This document shows, piece by piece, positions 38,477 to 47,770 of a stretch of 64,000 nucleotides of DNA. Within the stretch, counting starts at the first letter, position 1; each line of letters opens with the position of its first letter. Position numbers and translations under genes: made by a program. The stretch spans positions 67,740-131,739 of the forward strand of contig OY970181.1 in assembly GCA_963708045.1 (NCBI GenBank), given 5' to 3'. The notes under the pieces were generated by a model that made no database searches, was not told the origin of the DNA, and was given only the letters and a program-made list of their open reading frames with translations. Source of the stretch: an uncultured bacterium. Its GTDB lineage: Bacteria; Patescibacteriota; Patescibacteriia; CAIQCM01.

Positions 38477-39523
38477 TTATTTTGACGGTTGGTTGAAAAT
38501 AGCGCTATAGCTTTGGAAGCCGTCTTTTACGACCGTGGCCATTATATTGTCTTTATTCACAATAATCGGGTCAAGTAAAAACGAAGGAACGTCAATTTTC
38601 CCATTGTTCACAATGTTGTTTGTTTGCGGCGTTTCTCCTTTGGCCAAGGCGACAGCCATTTCCGCCGCCTTGTTGGCCAAAGACTTAATCGGCTTATAAA
38701 CCGTAGCTGTCTGTGTGCCGGCAATAATTCTTTGGCAAGCGGCCAAATCGGCATCCTGTCCAGAAACCGGAATTTTTCCAGCCAAGCCTTTTTCTTGCAA
38801 AGCTTTGATTACACCGTAAGCCATTCCGTCGTTGGCCGAAACAACAGCGTCCAACGTTTTTCCTGTGGCCAGATAATTCTTAATGGTTTGATAAGCCTCG
38901 GTTGGATCCCAGTTATTCATAAACTTATCAATCACCAATTTTATCTCGCCGCTTTTAATTTTTGCGTCCAAAACAGCCATAGAACCTTGTTTAACCAAGT
39001 AGGCGTTATTGTCCGATGGCGAGCCGCCGATGTAGGCAAAATTTCCTTTGGCTACTTTTCCAAAAACGCTTTGCGCTTCTAATTTACCGACCTGAACATT
39101 GTCAAAAGACACATACAAATCCAAATCGCTATTTTTAATCATTCGGTCGTAGGCAATAACTTTTGCGCCCGCGGCATGGGCTTCTTCTACAACTGGACCT
39201 AATTTTTCCGAATCAGCAGGCACGACAACGATTACTTTGACTCCTTGGCTGATCAAATTTTTAATTTGATTAATTTGCGCTTCCGCGTTGTTTGAAGAAA
39301 CCTCGTTGACTACTCCGCCAAGCGCAGTAACTTGTTCTTTAAACAATGCCGTATCTGTCATCCATCGTTCTTCCAAAGTACTGCCTAAAGAAAAACCAAT
39401 AATGATCGGCGCCGCTTTTTTGGCGGTGTCACCAGATCCTTTTAATAAGATTGTCCGACTGACCCAGAAAGCACCGCCCGCGACAACGACGAGCAAAACT
39501 AAAATCGCAATGATTCTTTTCAT
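38477..39523 (-). CDS. Periplasmic sugar-binding protein (type I PBP, ribose/xylose-binding family)
   Basis: Signal/TM peptide, then a type I periplasmic-binding fold pattern (VKVIVVVPADSE ... AYDR ... DAVVSANDGMAYGVIKAL). Confidence 0.7.
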   Translation of the reverse strand: MKRIIAILVLLVVVAGGAFWVSRTILLKGSGDTAKKAAPIIIGFSLGSTLEERWMTDTALFKEQVTALGGVVNEVSSNNAEAQINQIKNLISQGVKVIVVVPADSEKLGPVVEEAHAAGAKVIAYDRMIKNSDLDLYVSFDNVQVGKLEAQSVFGKVAKGNFAYIGGSPSDNNAYLVKQGSMAVLDAKIKSGEIKLVIDKFMNNWDPTEAYQTIKNYLATGKTLDAVVSANDGMAYGVIKALQEKGLAGKIPVSGQDADLAACQRIIAGTQTATVYKPIKSLANKAAEMAVALAKGETPQTNNIVNNGKIDVPSFLLDPIIVNKDNIMATVVKDGFQSYSAIFNQPSK

Positions 39524-39709
39524 ATTCTTTTTTAAAGAAATATTATTTAGAAGAAATTTTTATAAAATTGTTCAGGCGCGAACTAAATAACTAAATACAG
39601 ATAAATTCACTATTTATTATACCACTTTTTTAGGTGCAAGACAATAACCTTTATTAACCATCGTTTAAAACCAAAGAACAGTACTATTGTGATATAATTT
39701 ATTTCTATG

Positions 39710-40201
39710 ATGGCCAATTTTAAAAAAGGCTTTACCTTAATTGAGCTATTGGTTGTAATTGCAATCATCGGCCTGCTTTCAACAATCGCCGTTATCTCGC
39801 TTAGTAATACTAGGGTCAAAGCTCGGGACGCCAAACGCGCCGCTGATATGCGCCAAATATTGACTGCGCTTAATCTTTACCAAGACCAGTACGACTGTTT
39901 GCCAATTACCAACCTTTCCACTTGTCCGGGGAATGGTGGTTATAGTGAATGGAACGCGGGCGCGTGGGATTATAGTTCGCAGGGCGGATTCCTAACTTTT
40001 CTGCAAACGTCTGGAATTATGTCCAAGGTACCCGTTGACCCGATCAACAATATGACCGGCGACGGCACCCCCGCCGGCAGTTATTCTTATAGATATTTTT
40101 GTTATCCTTCTGGACCGCATTTGGTTTATTTTAGAGAGTCTGATTATACCCAGATCGGCGTACTCGTAACAGGAACCGACTCTGGTTACGTCTGCAAGTA
40201 A
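39710..40201 (+). CDS. Type IV pilin / pseudopilin
   Basis: The class III signal KKGFTLIELLVVIAIIGLLS is the canonical prepilin cleavage and methylation motif. Confidence 0.85.
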   Translation: MANFKKGFTLIELLVVIAIIGLLSTIAVISLSNTRVKARDAKRAADMRQILTALNLYQDQYDCLPITNLSTCPGNGGYSEWNAGAWDYSSQGGFLTFLQTSGIMSKVPVDPINNMTGDGTPAGSYSYRYFCYPSGPHLVYFRESDYTQIGVLVTGTDSGYVCK

Positions 40202-40329
40202 AAATACCGCCCCGATGGCCATCGGGGCGGTATTTTTATAATCTTGGGAACCGATAGTTGACCAGAAGAGGGTTTTCTGTTATGTTGTTCTGAACAAAAT
40301 CGCCAGTAACGATTTTGGGGGAGGAACAA

Positions 40330-41298
40330 ATGACTAAGCTCTTTTCATCTACCATCATCGCATTCCTAATTCTCGGCATTGGTAACGAGGTTCGCGCCGA
40401 AGTTACGCGCAACCAGCCTGCCGCGGCGGTAAATACCGTCAACGTCACGAACGACCCGCTAAAACAACTTGAGGGTCAAGGGCGTTTTGACATCATTCAG
40501 ATGTCGGCGCCGCCCGCCGAATGGCCGGAGCAGACGTTTGGGCCAACCAAACTCATCCTTGTTCGCTTTGCGAAAGAGTTCAACAGTTATTTAGATATCC
40601 TTAGCGAACTCCAAGTGCGCGGAATGATGCCGGCCAATTACCGCGAGCTGCTTTGCTACGCGGCGCAAGCGCCGGCGGCATACAAAGGCAAATTCACCGT
40701 GGTCGCGTTCGGCTCGTCCGTGGAAATGCCAAGCGGAAAAATTTCGTGGCAAAGCTATGGCGTAAACAACACCGGCAAGCGCTTTCTCTTCTATGTTGTG
40801 GAAGGCGACGGCTGGCCGGAGGAGTTTCTCTATCTTGCCAAGTACCAACCGCCAAAGCCAGACAATCGTCCGGCGAAAAAAACCGTCGTGAGCGCCGCGG
40901 ACTGGAAAAAAATGCAAGAGATCACCGCCATTATTAAGGCGGAGATACTGAAGCACAAAAAGAACGGCACCAACCCCAACAAGTTCGTTAGGAGGGTTGA
41001 GGAAACCACCCTAACCTACCACCTTATCGCGATTGCGGCCTATGATCAGCCAAAGACGCTTGCGCAAGCAAACGAACTCGCCGAGGTGCCCGAGGATTTC
41101 GTTTTAGGAAAAGCAATGTTTGAATTCAATGTCATCCAAGGCAATGAAACGAAATTGACCATCGGATGTTTTATTGAGCACTGCAGAAAGCGAACCGTTC
41201 ATATCCCGCTCACAATGGAAGGAATGGGGATCACCGACGCGCCGATTCTAATAGACATTGATTACTCAACGCGGCTCATCCCTATCCCCACACAGTGA
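40330..41298 (+). CDS. Secreted hypothetical protein (cassette 1)
   Basis: Signal peptide MTKLFSSTIIAFLILGIGNEVRA. Length is about 322 aa. Confidence 0.55.
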   Translation: MTKLFSSTIIAFLILGIGNEVRAEVTRNQPAAAVNTVNVTNDPLKQLEGQGRFDIIQMSAPPAEWPEQTFGPTKLILVRFAKEFNSYLDILSELQVRGMMPANYRELLCYAAQAPAAYKGKFTVVAFGSSVEMPSGKISWQSYGVNNTGKRFLFYVVEGDGWPEEFLYLAKYQPPKPDNRPAKKTVVSAADWKKMQEITAIIKAEILKHKKNGTNPNKFVRRVEETTLTYHLIAIAAYDQPKTLAQANELAEVPEDFVLGKAMFEFNVIQGNETKLTIGCFIEHCRKRTVHIPLTMEGMGITDAPILIDIDYSTRLIPIPTQ

Positions 41299-41332
41299 CC
41301 GTCTTGACCGACAACGCAAAGGAGACGACACA

Positions 41333-41587
41333 ATGACAAAGATCTTTTCGGTACAGTTTGAATTGCCGCTACCCGAGCGAGACCACATACCGCCAAACGC
41401 TGCCTTTGAACAACAGAAAGAGAACGATAAAAAACGGGTGTTGGGCGACTTGGAGCAAGGAATCAACACCTTCGTGAAATCGCTCAAAAAAGAAGAATTC
41501 GTTGGGATTCAGTGGCTCCAAACCACAACAGTGAATACATACGGATCTTTTGTCCAACTGACTGCGATTGTGACGTACACGTTCTGA
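41333..41587 (+). CDS. Small hypothetical protein (84 aa)
   Basis: RBS aaggag precedes ATG 41333. Terminator ccacttcggtgg follows. Confidence 0.45.
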   Translation: MTKIFSVQFELPLPERDHIPPNAAFEQQKENDKKRVLGDLEQGINTFVKSLKKEEFVGIQWLQTTTVNTYGSFVQLTAIVTYTF

Positions 41588-41617
41588 GCCACACCTCGCA
41601 CTCTCGACCAAAACGCC

Positions 41618-41867
41618 TACCACTTCGGTGGTGGGCGTTTTTATTTTTTCTTGTTTTCCGATCAAACCAAGAGCGTTCCTTTTTCTTCCAACTTTTCCCG
41701 ATCGGGAAAAGTTGGAAGAAAAATATTTTAATAAAATTATCAAGAATGTCCACTATAACGGCAAACTGGCATAGCCACTTATTTGGATAAACAAAAAACC
41801 ACCCCGATTAAAGGTTGATCTTTTTTTGCTGAGCCGATCTCAGTCAAAATAGGTAAGCCAAGTTTGT
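41618..41867. repeat. Inter-cassette junction copy 1: terminator + palindrome/AT-box module M1a (41683-41747) + module M2a (41790-41867)
   Basis: M1a is about 90% identical to 42785-42848. M2a is about 85% identical to 43700-43777. Confidence 0.7.
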
Positions 41868-41952
41868 ATCATTGACAACCTTGCCGTTGAGGTTCATCGT
41901 CTAGTCAACGATCAACACAATCGTTCTTTCAACAACCAAAAGGAGCGGGGCC

Positions 41953-42693
41953 ATGAAAGTAACAAATTTGTTTTCGCAAATTTTCCTGACAAGCGCATTC
42001 CTTATATTTCTCTCCGATGGAATCAAGGCCGACGAACCAACAATTGAAACCGACACCGATTTTGTTGAAACCTCTTTGAATACAGAGCCATCAATCACTG
42101 TCTACCCAACATTCAGGCACGACGCTCGTCCGGTCAACATTGATGGTTACGGTATCTATTCAACTTTTGGTATATCCAAGGAGATCGTCAAAGTTGACGA
42201 CAACGGTAGTGTTTCATTTAGTCCCTGGTCATGCCGAGAAGATTATTGTCTATTATTTTGCTTATATTGGCATGTTTTACGCCGACAATTTGACCAAATC
42301 ATTGACCTGAGTCAGGCCGACGGCATTGAAGTAACTATCAATGTTGAAAAACCTCTAAAAGTCAATGTAAAGAGGGATGGAAAATGTAGGACGCACTTGC
42401 GTGTCGTACTCTGCGATCGTGATAAAACGCTCACCGGTCGTAGAAATAACAACTTTGACAACCAATGGATTTTTGACCTACCAAAGTCAGTTCTCTATGA
42501 GAAGCATTCTGTCACTTTGAGGGTTCCATTTAGCAAGCTTCGCAAGCCGAGTCAGGACGAAAAAGGATCGAGAATAAGTTCCCTGCGTCGTTTCCGGCCG
42601 ACATATACAACGGCATACGAAATTGCGATTATTGGAATCAGCTGGAACGATTTTGGAATCACTAGCGTAATTACCTACAAGGACAAGAAATAA
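41953..42693 (+). CDS. Secreted hypothetical protein (cassette 2)
   Basis: Signal peptide MKVTNLFSQIFLTSAFLIFLSDGIKA. Length is 246 aa. Confidence 0.55.
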   Translation: MKVTNLFSQIFLTSAFLIFLSDGIKADEPTIETDTDFVETSLNTEPSITVYPTFRHDARPVNIDGYGIYSTFGISKEIVKVDDNGSVSFSPWSCREDYCLLFCLYWHVLRRQFDQIIDLSQADGIEVTINVEKPLKVNVKRDGKCRTHLRVVLCDRDKTLTGRRNNNFDNQWIFDLPKSVLYEKHSVTLRVPFSKLRKPSQDEKGSRISSLRRFRPTYTTAYEIAIIGISWNDFGITSVITYKDKK

Positions 42694-42727
42694 TCCAACT
42701 AGCGTGCCACGCCGACATCTAGAGCGC

Positions 42728-42848
42728 CTGCCACTTCGGTGACGGGCGCTTTCTTATATAAACAAAATCGGGAATATTTATTTTTTCTTCCAACTTTTAC
42801 CGATCGGTAAAAGTTGGAAGAAAATATTTTAATAAAATTATCAAGAAT
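42728..42848. repeat. Inter-cassette junction copy 2: terminator + M1b
   Basis: ccacttcggtgacgggcg ... ttcttccaacttttaccgatcggtaaaagttggaagaaaatattttaataaaattatcaagaat. Confidence 0.7.
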
Positions 42849-42914
42849 AATATTAACGAAAAACGGCCGCTCCGATGATTATCGGGGCGGCCGTTTGATG
42901 AGATTCCGCTTGCG

Positions 42915-43451
42915 CTACGTATTGAGTTGGTAGGTGAGCGGCACGATCAAACTGAAGTTTTCCCGTTTCCAGGACATTTCGCCGACCGCGTTGTAAAGCA
43001 GACCAATGCCGATTGCGAAGTTGTTGACCCTGATGCCGTAGGGCACGACGTAAACACCAAGAACGATGTCGGCCGAGGTCTGCGGTTTTTGCACTTGAAA
43101 ACCGGCGCCCCATTCCCAAAAGGAAATGCTCACGACTTCGTTTTTGCCATCAGCGCCGCGATAGCTAGTCCTTTTTAGGTATTGCAGATTTGAACTGTGC
43201 AGTTCAAGCGCCGCCGCCTTATCAAGCAGGCCGATCCTGGCCGTCTCCATATTGATGGACAGAGCCGAAAGCGCCGGACCAATGCTAAAGTACGGCCGCC
43301 AACCAGCGCGGCAAAAACTCGGCGCACCGGCCTTGTTTAGGTCGCGATCGGCTGGGCATTCTTCCGCCAATGCCATTTGTGGCAAGAGCAGTGCAGCGAA
43401 CGCCACAACCAAGAACAAACGAGAACGAATTAAATGCCAAAGAACGGACAT
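42915..43451 (-). CDS. Secreted hypothetical protein (inserted between M1b and M2b)
   Basis: Signal peptide MSVLWHLIRSRLFLVVAFAALLLPQMALA. The gene is bounded by hairpins at 42866-42895 and 43477-43507. Confidence 0.55.
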   Translation of the reverse strand: MSVLWHLIRSRLFLVVAFAALLLPQMALAEECPADRDLNKAGAPSFCRAGWRPYFSIGPALSALSINMETARIGLLDKAAALELHSSNLQYLKRTSYRGADGKNEVVSISFWEWGAGFQVQKPQTSADIVLGVYVVPYGIRVNNFAIGIGLLYNAVGEMSWKRENFSLIVPLTYQLNT

Positions 43452-43699
43452 GGTGCCTCCTACTGTTTTACCCGTCTTAGTTCAGATCACCCGATCTGAA
43501 CTAAGGTAAGGGTTTCCGACCGCATCTAAACAATTTGTCGTAAAAATGTCAACCAATTGCACTTGATAAACCTTGCTATCAGATCCAGTATGTGCAAATT
43601 TTGCACATACTGAGTCGGTGCCCAGATCATTGTCTTTAAAGATATTGCAAATACGTTTAGTAATCAAAAAACACAAGCAGATAACACAAAAGAGACTAA

Positions 43700-43777
43700 T
43701 AACAAAAGACCACCCCGATTAAAGGGTGATCTTTTTTGCTGAGCCGACCTCGGTTCAAGTAGGCAAGCGAAGTTGAG
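43700..43777. repeat. Module M2b, adjacent to the tRNA-Glu 3' end
   Basis: taacaaaagaccaccccgattaaagggtgatcttttttgctgagccgacctcggttcaagtaggcaagcgaagttgag. Confidence 0.7.
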
Positions 43778-43813
43778 CTTCGCCGTCACTCTTAGAACCG
43801 AGCTGAGCTCGGG

Positions 43814-43888
43814 TAGCCCCAACCGGATTCGAACCGGTGTACCCAGAATGAAAATCTGGTGTCCTAGGCCGGACTAGACGATGGGGCC
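43814..43888 (-). tRNA. tRNA-Glu (anticodon TTC)
   Basis: The minus-strand fold ggccccatcgtctagtccggcctaggacaccagattttcattctgggtacaccggttcgaatccggttggggcta has anticodon loop ttTTCat and T-loop ttcgaat. Confidence 0.85.
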
Positions 43889-43893
43889 TTATT

Positions 43894-43980
43894 GGCACGT
43901 GGCACGTGGCTCGTGGCTTTTGGCAAATGGACTCCGCCTTATACCGTACGTTCTCTGCCGGTTTTGCTACGTGCCATGTG
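43894..43980. repeat. cacgtgg-heptamer inverted-repeat element
   Basis: ggcacgtggcacgtggctcgtggc ... gctacgtgccatgtgctatatgctatgtgctatta. Confidence 0.6.
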
Positions 43981-44085
43981 CTATATGCTATGTGCTATTA
44001 GCCAACGAAGGGTATTCTTACATAAACTAAAAGATATTTCAAGAGGTGATCCGCGCCAATGATATTTAATGAAATAATTTGCTTT

Positions 44086-46680
44086 TTACGCCTCTTCTGG
44101 CGAAAAGCGGGTTTTAATAAACTGGGCCAAGAGGAAATACAAGACAATCATTATTGCTAAGGCAATCCAGTACAAAAACGGTAGCGGAACAAAGCCTAGC
44201 GTTGCGGCGAGTGGCGAATAGGGCAATAAAATTCCGATGATCACCGCACCCGTAGTCGTAAAGGTCAGCGCTTTGCTGGCGCGACTTTGGAAGAACGGCA
44301 ATTTGCCAGTGCGAAGAACGTGAATAATAAGCGTCTGGCTCACGATAGATTCCACAAACCAGCCGGTATGAAAAAGCGCAGGGTTGGCCCAAGCGTTAAA
44401 AACAAAAATCATTAACCCGAAGGTAAGGTAGTCAAAAAGCGAGCTAACGGGTCCAATGCGATAAATAAATTTTTCAATAGCTTTAATGTTCCACTGGCGC
44501 GGCTTTTTAATATATTCTTCATCAACGGCGTCGGTGGGGATTCCAATTTGCGAAAAGTCATAGAGCAAATTATTGACAATAATCTGAAGCGGTAACATCG
44601 GCAAAAACGGCAAGAAAATACTTGCGCCAATGACACTAAACATATTGCCAAAATTTGAGCTCGCGGCCATTTTTAAATATTTCACGATGTTGCCAAAAAC
44701 TTTGCGACCTTCACGCACGCCGTTTGCAAGCACGGACAAACTTTTTTCCAAAAGAATAATGTCCGACGATTCTTTGGCAATGTCCACGGCGTCGTCAACG
44801 GAAATACCAACATCAGCCGCGCGCAAAGCCGGCGCGTCGTTGATGCCGTCGCCCAAATAACCAACCGTGTGCCCAGCGGATTTGAGCGCGCGAATGATTC
44901 GTTCTTTGTCGGGCGGCGTCAGTTTGTAAAAAACATTGGCCACGGTCGCGGCGGCGGCCAATTCTTTTTCGCTCATTTTTTCAATTTGCTCGCCCGAAAG
45001 CGCGCCCGTTACCGGCAAATTAACTTCGCGGCAAATTTTATCGGTAACCAGCTCGTTGTCGCCGGTCAAAATTTTTACGGCCACGCCAAGCTCCTCCAAT
45101 TTACGAAGGGCGGCACCAGAAGACGGCTTGGGCGGATCCAAAAACGCCAAAAAGCCAACAAGCGTCATCCCCTTTTCGTCGGCAACGGAATATTCTTTTT
45201 CCTCGCGTTCAAGTTCGCGCACGGCAACCGCGATCATCCTAAACCCGTCGTTATTCATTTTTGCCAAAATTTTATTTTTAAATTCGTGATGTGCTTTTTT
45301 AATCAAGCTTACCGTCTTGCCGTCTTTTACCTTACTGCAAACCGCAAGCACTTCTTCCACCGCTCCTTTTGTAATAATTAGCGTTTTCCCGGCCTGTGAT
45401 TTTACGACGACCGACATTCGTCGGCGAATAAAATCAAAAGGCATTTCATTAAGCTTAGTATAACTTTTGGCAATTGCGCGTTCCGATGGATCAAAACGCA
45501 GCACCGCCTCGTCCAGCATATTTTTTAAACCGGTTTGGAAAAAACTATTGACCGTCGCAAGTTCAAGCACCGATTTTTCTTCTTTGCCACAAATATCCAT
45601 ATATTTAATAAGCGCGACGCGGCCGTCGGTGAGCGTACCGGTTTTGTCGGTGCACAAAATATCCATTGCGCCAAAATTTTGAATGGCGTTTAACCGTTTA
45701 ACAATAACTTTATACGACGACATTTTGATCGCGCCCTTGGAAAGGTTTACCGTCACGATCATCGGCAGGAGCTCCGGAGTTAGGCCAACGGCCACGGCCA
45801 AGGCAAAGAAAAATGCCTCACCCCAATCGCCTTTGCTTAAGCCGTTCGCAATAAAAACCGTCGGCGTTAAAAACAGCATTAGCTTGATCATTAGCCAGGT
45901 GAAATGCTTGATCCCCTTGTCAAAACTCGTGACTTCGCGCAGTTCGGTTAAACGATTTCCAAGCGCACCAAACTTGGTCGCGCCAGCCGTCGCAATTACG
46001 ACCGCGGTGGCCATTCCGTTTTCCACGCTCGTACCCATAAAACAAATATTTGGAAAATCGGTTTCCGCGACCCCGCTCATTGTTTTTTTAAGCAGTGGCG
46101 CTTCCACAATTTTTTCCGCGGCAAACGATTCGCCGGTTAAGGTAGCTTGGTTAACGTACAAATTATGAGACGAAATAAGCCGGACGTCGGCCGGGATCAT
46201 ATCGCCGGCCGTAAGTTCAACAATGTCGCCAGGGACGATCTGACGCAAGGGAATTTCTTTTTTAGTTCCGTTTCGGAGCACAGTCGCGGTCGTATGGACC
46301 ATTCGCTTAAGTTTTTTCGCGGCCAAGTCGGCGCGGTTTTCCTGAAAAAATCGCAAGCCGACGCTTATAACAATCATCAAAACAATTAGAATGGAAGTTT
46401 TTTGGTCGCCGGTAAGATACGAAAGCGCGGCCAAAACGGCAAGCAAAATAACGAGCGGGTTTTTTAAATTTAAAATCAGTGCCCAAAGCCAGTTGTCACG
46501 CTTTTCCGTTTTAATTTCATTAAAGCCGAATTCAAGCCGACGTTTTAATACTTCTGAATGCGTTAAGCCGGAATCGCGAGAGCGCAAACGGCTTAATGCT
46601 TCATTCGCCGCTAGGCTAGAAAATTCCCGAAGGTTTAACGATCCAGCTTTTGACGAATTATTTTTTATCTTTTGCGGCAT
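44086..46680 (-). CDS. mgtA: Magnesium-translocating P-type ATPase (MgtA-like)
   Basis: DKTGTLT phosphorylation motif, TGD and GDGxND motifs, 10 TM topology, an N-terminal MgtA-like segment, and 864 aa. Confidence 0.85.
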   Translation of the reverse strand: MPQKIKNNSSKAGSLNLREFSSLAANEALSRLRSRDSGLTHSEVLKRRLEFGFNEIKTEKRDNWLWALILNLKNPLVILLAVLAALSYLTGDQKTSILIVLMIVISVGLRFFQENRADLAAKKLKRMVHTTATVLRNGTKKEIPLRQIVPGDIVELTAGDMIPADVRLISSHNLYVNQATLTGESFAAEKIVEAPLLKKTMSGVAETDFPNICFMGTSVENGMATAVVIATAGATKFGALGNRLTELREVTSFDKGIKHFTWLMIKLMLFLTPTVFIANGLSKGDWGEAFFFALAVAVGLTPELLPMIVTVNLSKGAIKMSSYKVIVKRLNAIQNFGAMDILCTDKTGTLTDGRVALIKYMDICGKEEKSVLELATVNSFFQTGLKNMLDEAVLRFDPSERAIAKSYTKLNEMPFDFIRRRMSVVVKSQAGKTLIITKGAVEEVLAVCSKVKDGKTVSLIKKAHHEFKNKILAKMNNDGFRMIAVAVRELEREEKEYSVADEKGMTLVGFLAFLDPPKPSSGAALRKLEELGVAVKILTGDNELVTDKICREVNLPVTGALSGEQIEKMSEKELAAAATVANVFYKLTPPDKERIIRALKSAGHTVGYLGDGINDAPALRAADVGISVDDAVDIAKESSDIILLEKSLSVLANGVREGRKVFGNIVKYLKMAASSNFGNMFSVIGASIFLPFLPMLPLQIIVNNLLYDFSQIGIPTDAVDEEYIKKPRQWNIKAIEKFIYRIGPVSSLFDYLTFGLMIFVFNAWANPALFHTGWFVESIVSQTLIIHVLRTGKLPFFQSRASKALTFTTTGAVIIGILLPYSPLAATLGFVPLPFLYWIALAIMIVLYFLLAQFIKTRFSPEEA

Positions 46681-46943
46681 ATTTACATATCATAACACTT
46701 TGAACCAAATTTTCATTATTGATAAAAAAAATTGACTAGCCCCTCCCTTTGGTAAAAGGGAGGGTGCCCGAAAGGGCGGGAGGGTTCTGTTTTGTTACGT
46801 TAGGACGAAACAAACTCCCCGCCTCGTTGGCGGACAAGCCCCTACCCCCCGATGGACATCGGGGGGGGTAAGACAATTCCAAAATACTTAAACAAAAACA
46901 TCCCTCACTTGTATAAAGTGAGGGATGTTTTTTAAATTTTAAA

Positions 46944-47417
46944 TTATTTTTCTGTTTCGTTTGAAGCGAGCGGGGTTTTACCCATTGCCCTGTCTACAAC
47001 CAACTGAGATTCATTAAATATTCTTACTTCATCAAGATCCCGTTTCATTTTGTCAGCAAAATCATAGTGCATTCCCTCGTCGCCTTTGTCGGTTTTGGTA
47101 AGCGCATATCTCTTTGTGTCGGTATTACCATCAATATCAATTGTTATTTCCATAACAATACCAACCCCTGGTTCTTCTCTAACTTTTGCCGACCAGTTTT
47201 TACCAGGAAGAGTTGTTCCGCTAGTTTCGTTAAAGGTTGAGCCATTTAATTCGTTTAAAACTGACTTTTGTGCGCCTTCTAAAACCGTTTTAGGATTGGT
47301 ATATTTTTCTACGTGCTCTGGAGCAGCTTGTGCGTTGTTTTCCACGCCGACAGCACCGCCAGCGAGGGTTGCGGCAACGGCGGCCGCTTCTATTGTCTTT
47401 CTTCCAAATCCAAACAT
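46944..47417 (-). CDS. Secreted hypothetical protein (157 aa)
   Basis: A signal-peptide-like N-terminus is present. Confidence 0.5.
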   Translation of the reverse strand: MFGFGRKTIEAAAVAATLAGGAVGVENNAQAAPEHVEKYTNPKTVLEGAQKSVLNELNGSTFNETSGTTLPGKNWSAKVREEPGVGIVMEITIDIDGNTDTKRYALTKTDKGDEGMHYDFADKMKRDLDEVRIFNESQLVVDRAMGKTPLASNETEK

Positions 47418-47603
47418 ATAATTAGTTTCCTTAATTATTAGCGTCCTTAGGTGGACTTTTGTGAATATATACTACCATTTTTTTGGCCTTTTGTCAATTG
47501 GTTGGCTAAAAAAATTTCTTTTTAAAGACTTTTAAAATACTTATGAACAGGTTACCCACCATTCCCCTTTGGCACAACATCTTGTGTATAAGTCAAAAAG
47601 ACA

Positions 47604-47619
47604 ACGCTATATATTGGGG
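47604..47619 (+). promoter_or_regulatory. Possible NrdR-box-like palindrome upstream of nrdD
   Basis: acgctatatattgggg matches 12 of 16 positions of the acaCwAtATaTwGtgt consensus as remembered. Only a single box is present. Confidence 0.25.
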
Positions 47620-47681
47620 TTTTGAAATGTTTGCGTGCGTTCGCGCGCGGGGTTATATTTAGAGGGCGACATAATTTTTAA

Positions 47682-47760
47682 ATGAAACATAAAGCATAAA
47701 ACACGAAGCACTCTTGCGTCCCCGCGGGACGTCCGGATGCTTCATGGTTCATGCTTCATG
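47682..47760. repeat. atgaaac-heptamer inverted-repeat element in nrdD 5' region
   Basis: aatgaaacataaagcataaaacacgaagca ... ccccgcggg ... gcttcatggttcatgcttcatg. Confidence 0.6.
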
Positions 47761-47770
47761 CCAAATACAT

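Noticed and set aside
41877-41890. 12-mer catcgtctagtc identical to the 5' part of tRNA-Glu, considered as an att-site remnant
   Set aside because: It has the wrong orientation and the wrong end of the tRNA for an integrase attachment site. A 12-mer match to some part of a 75-nt tRNA within 64 kb is expected by chance about half the time.
44114-46735. Numerous ORFs antisense to mgtA, and ORFs antisense to the GT2 gene (62312..63787)
   Set aside because: They are embedded in long conserved coding regions on the opposite strand and are therefore spurious.
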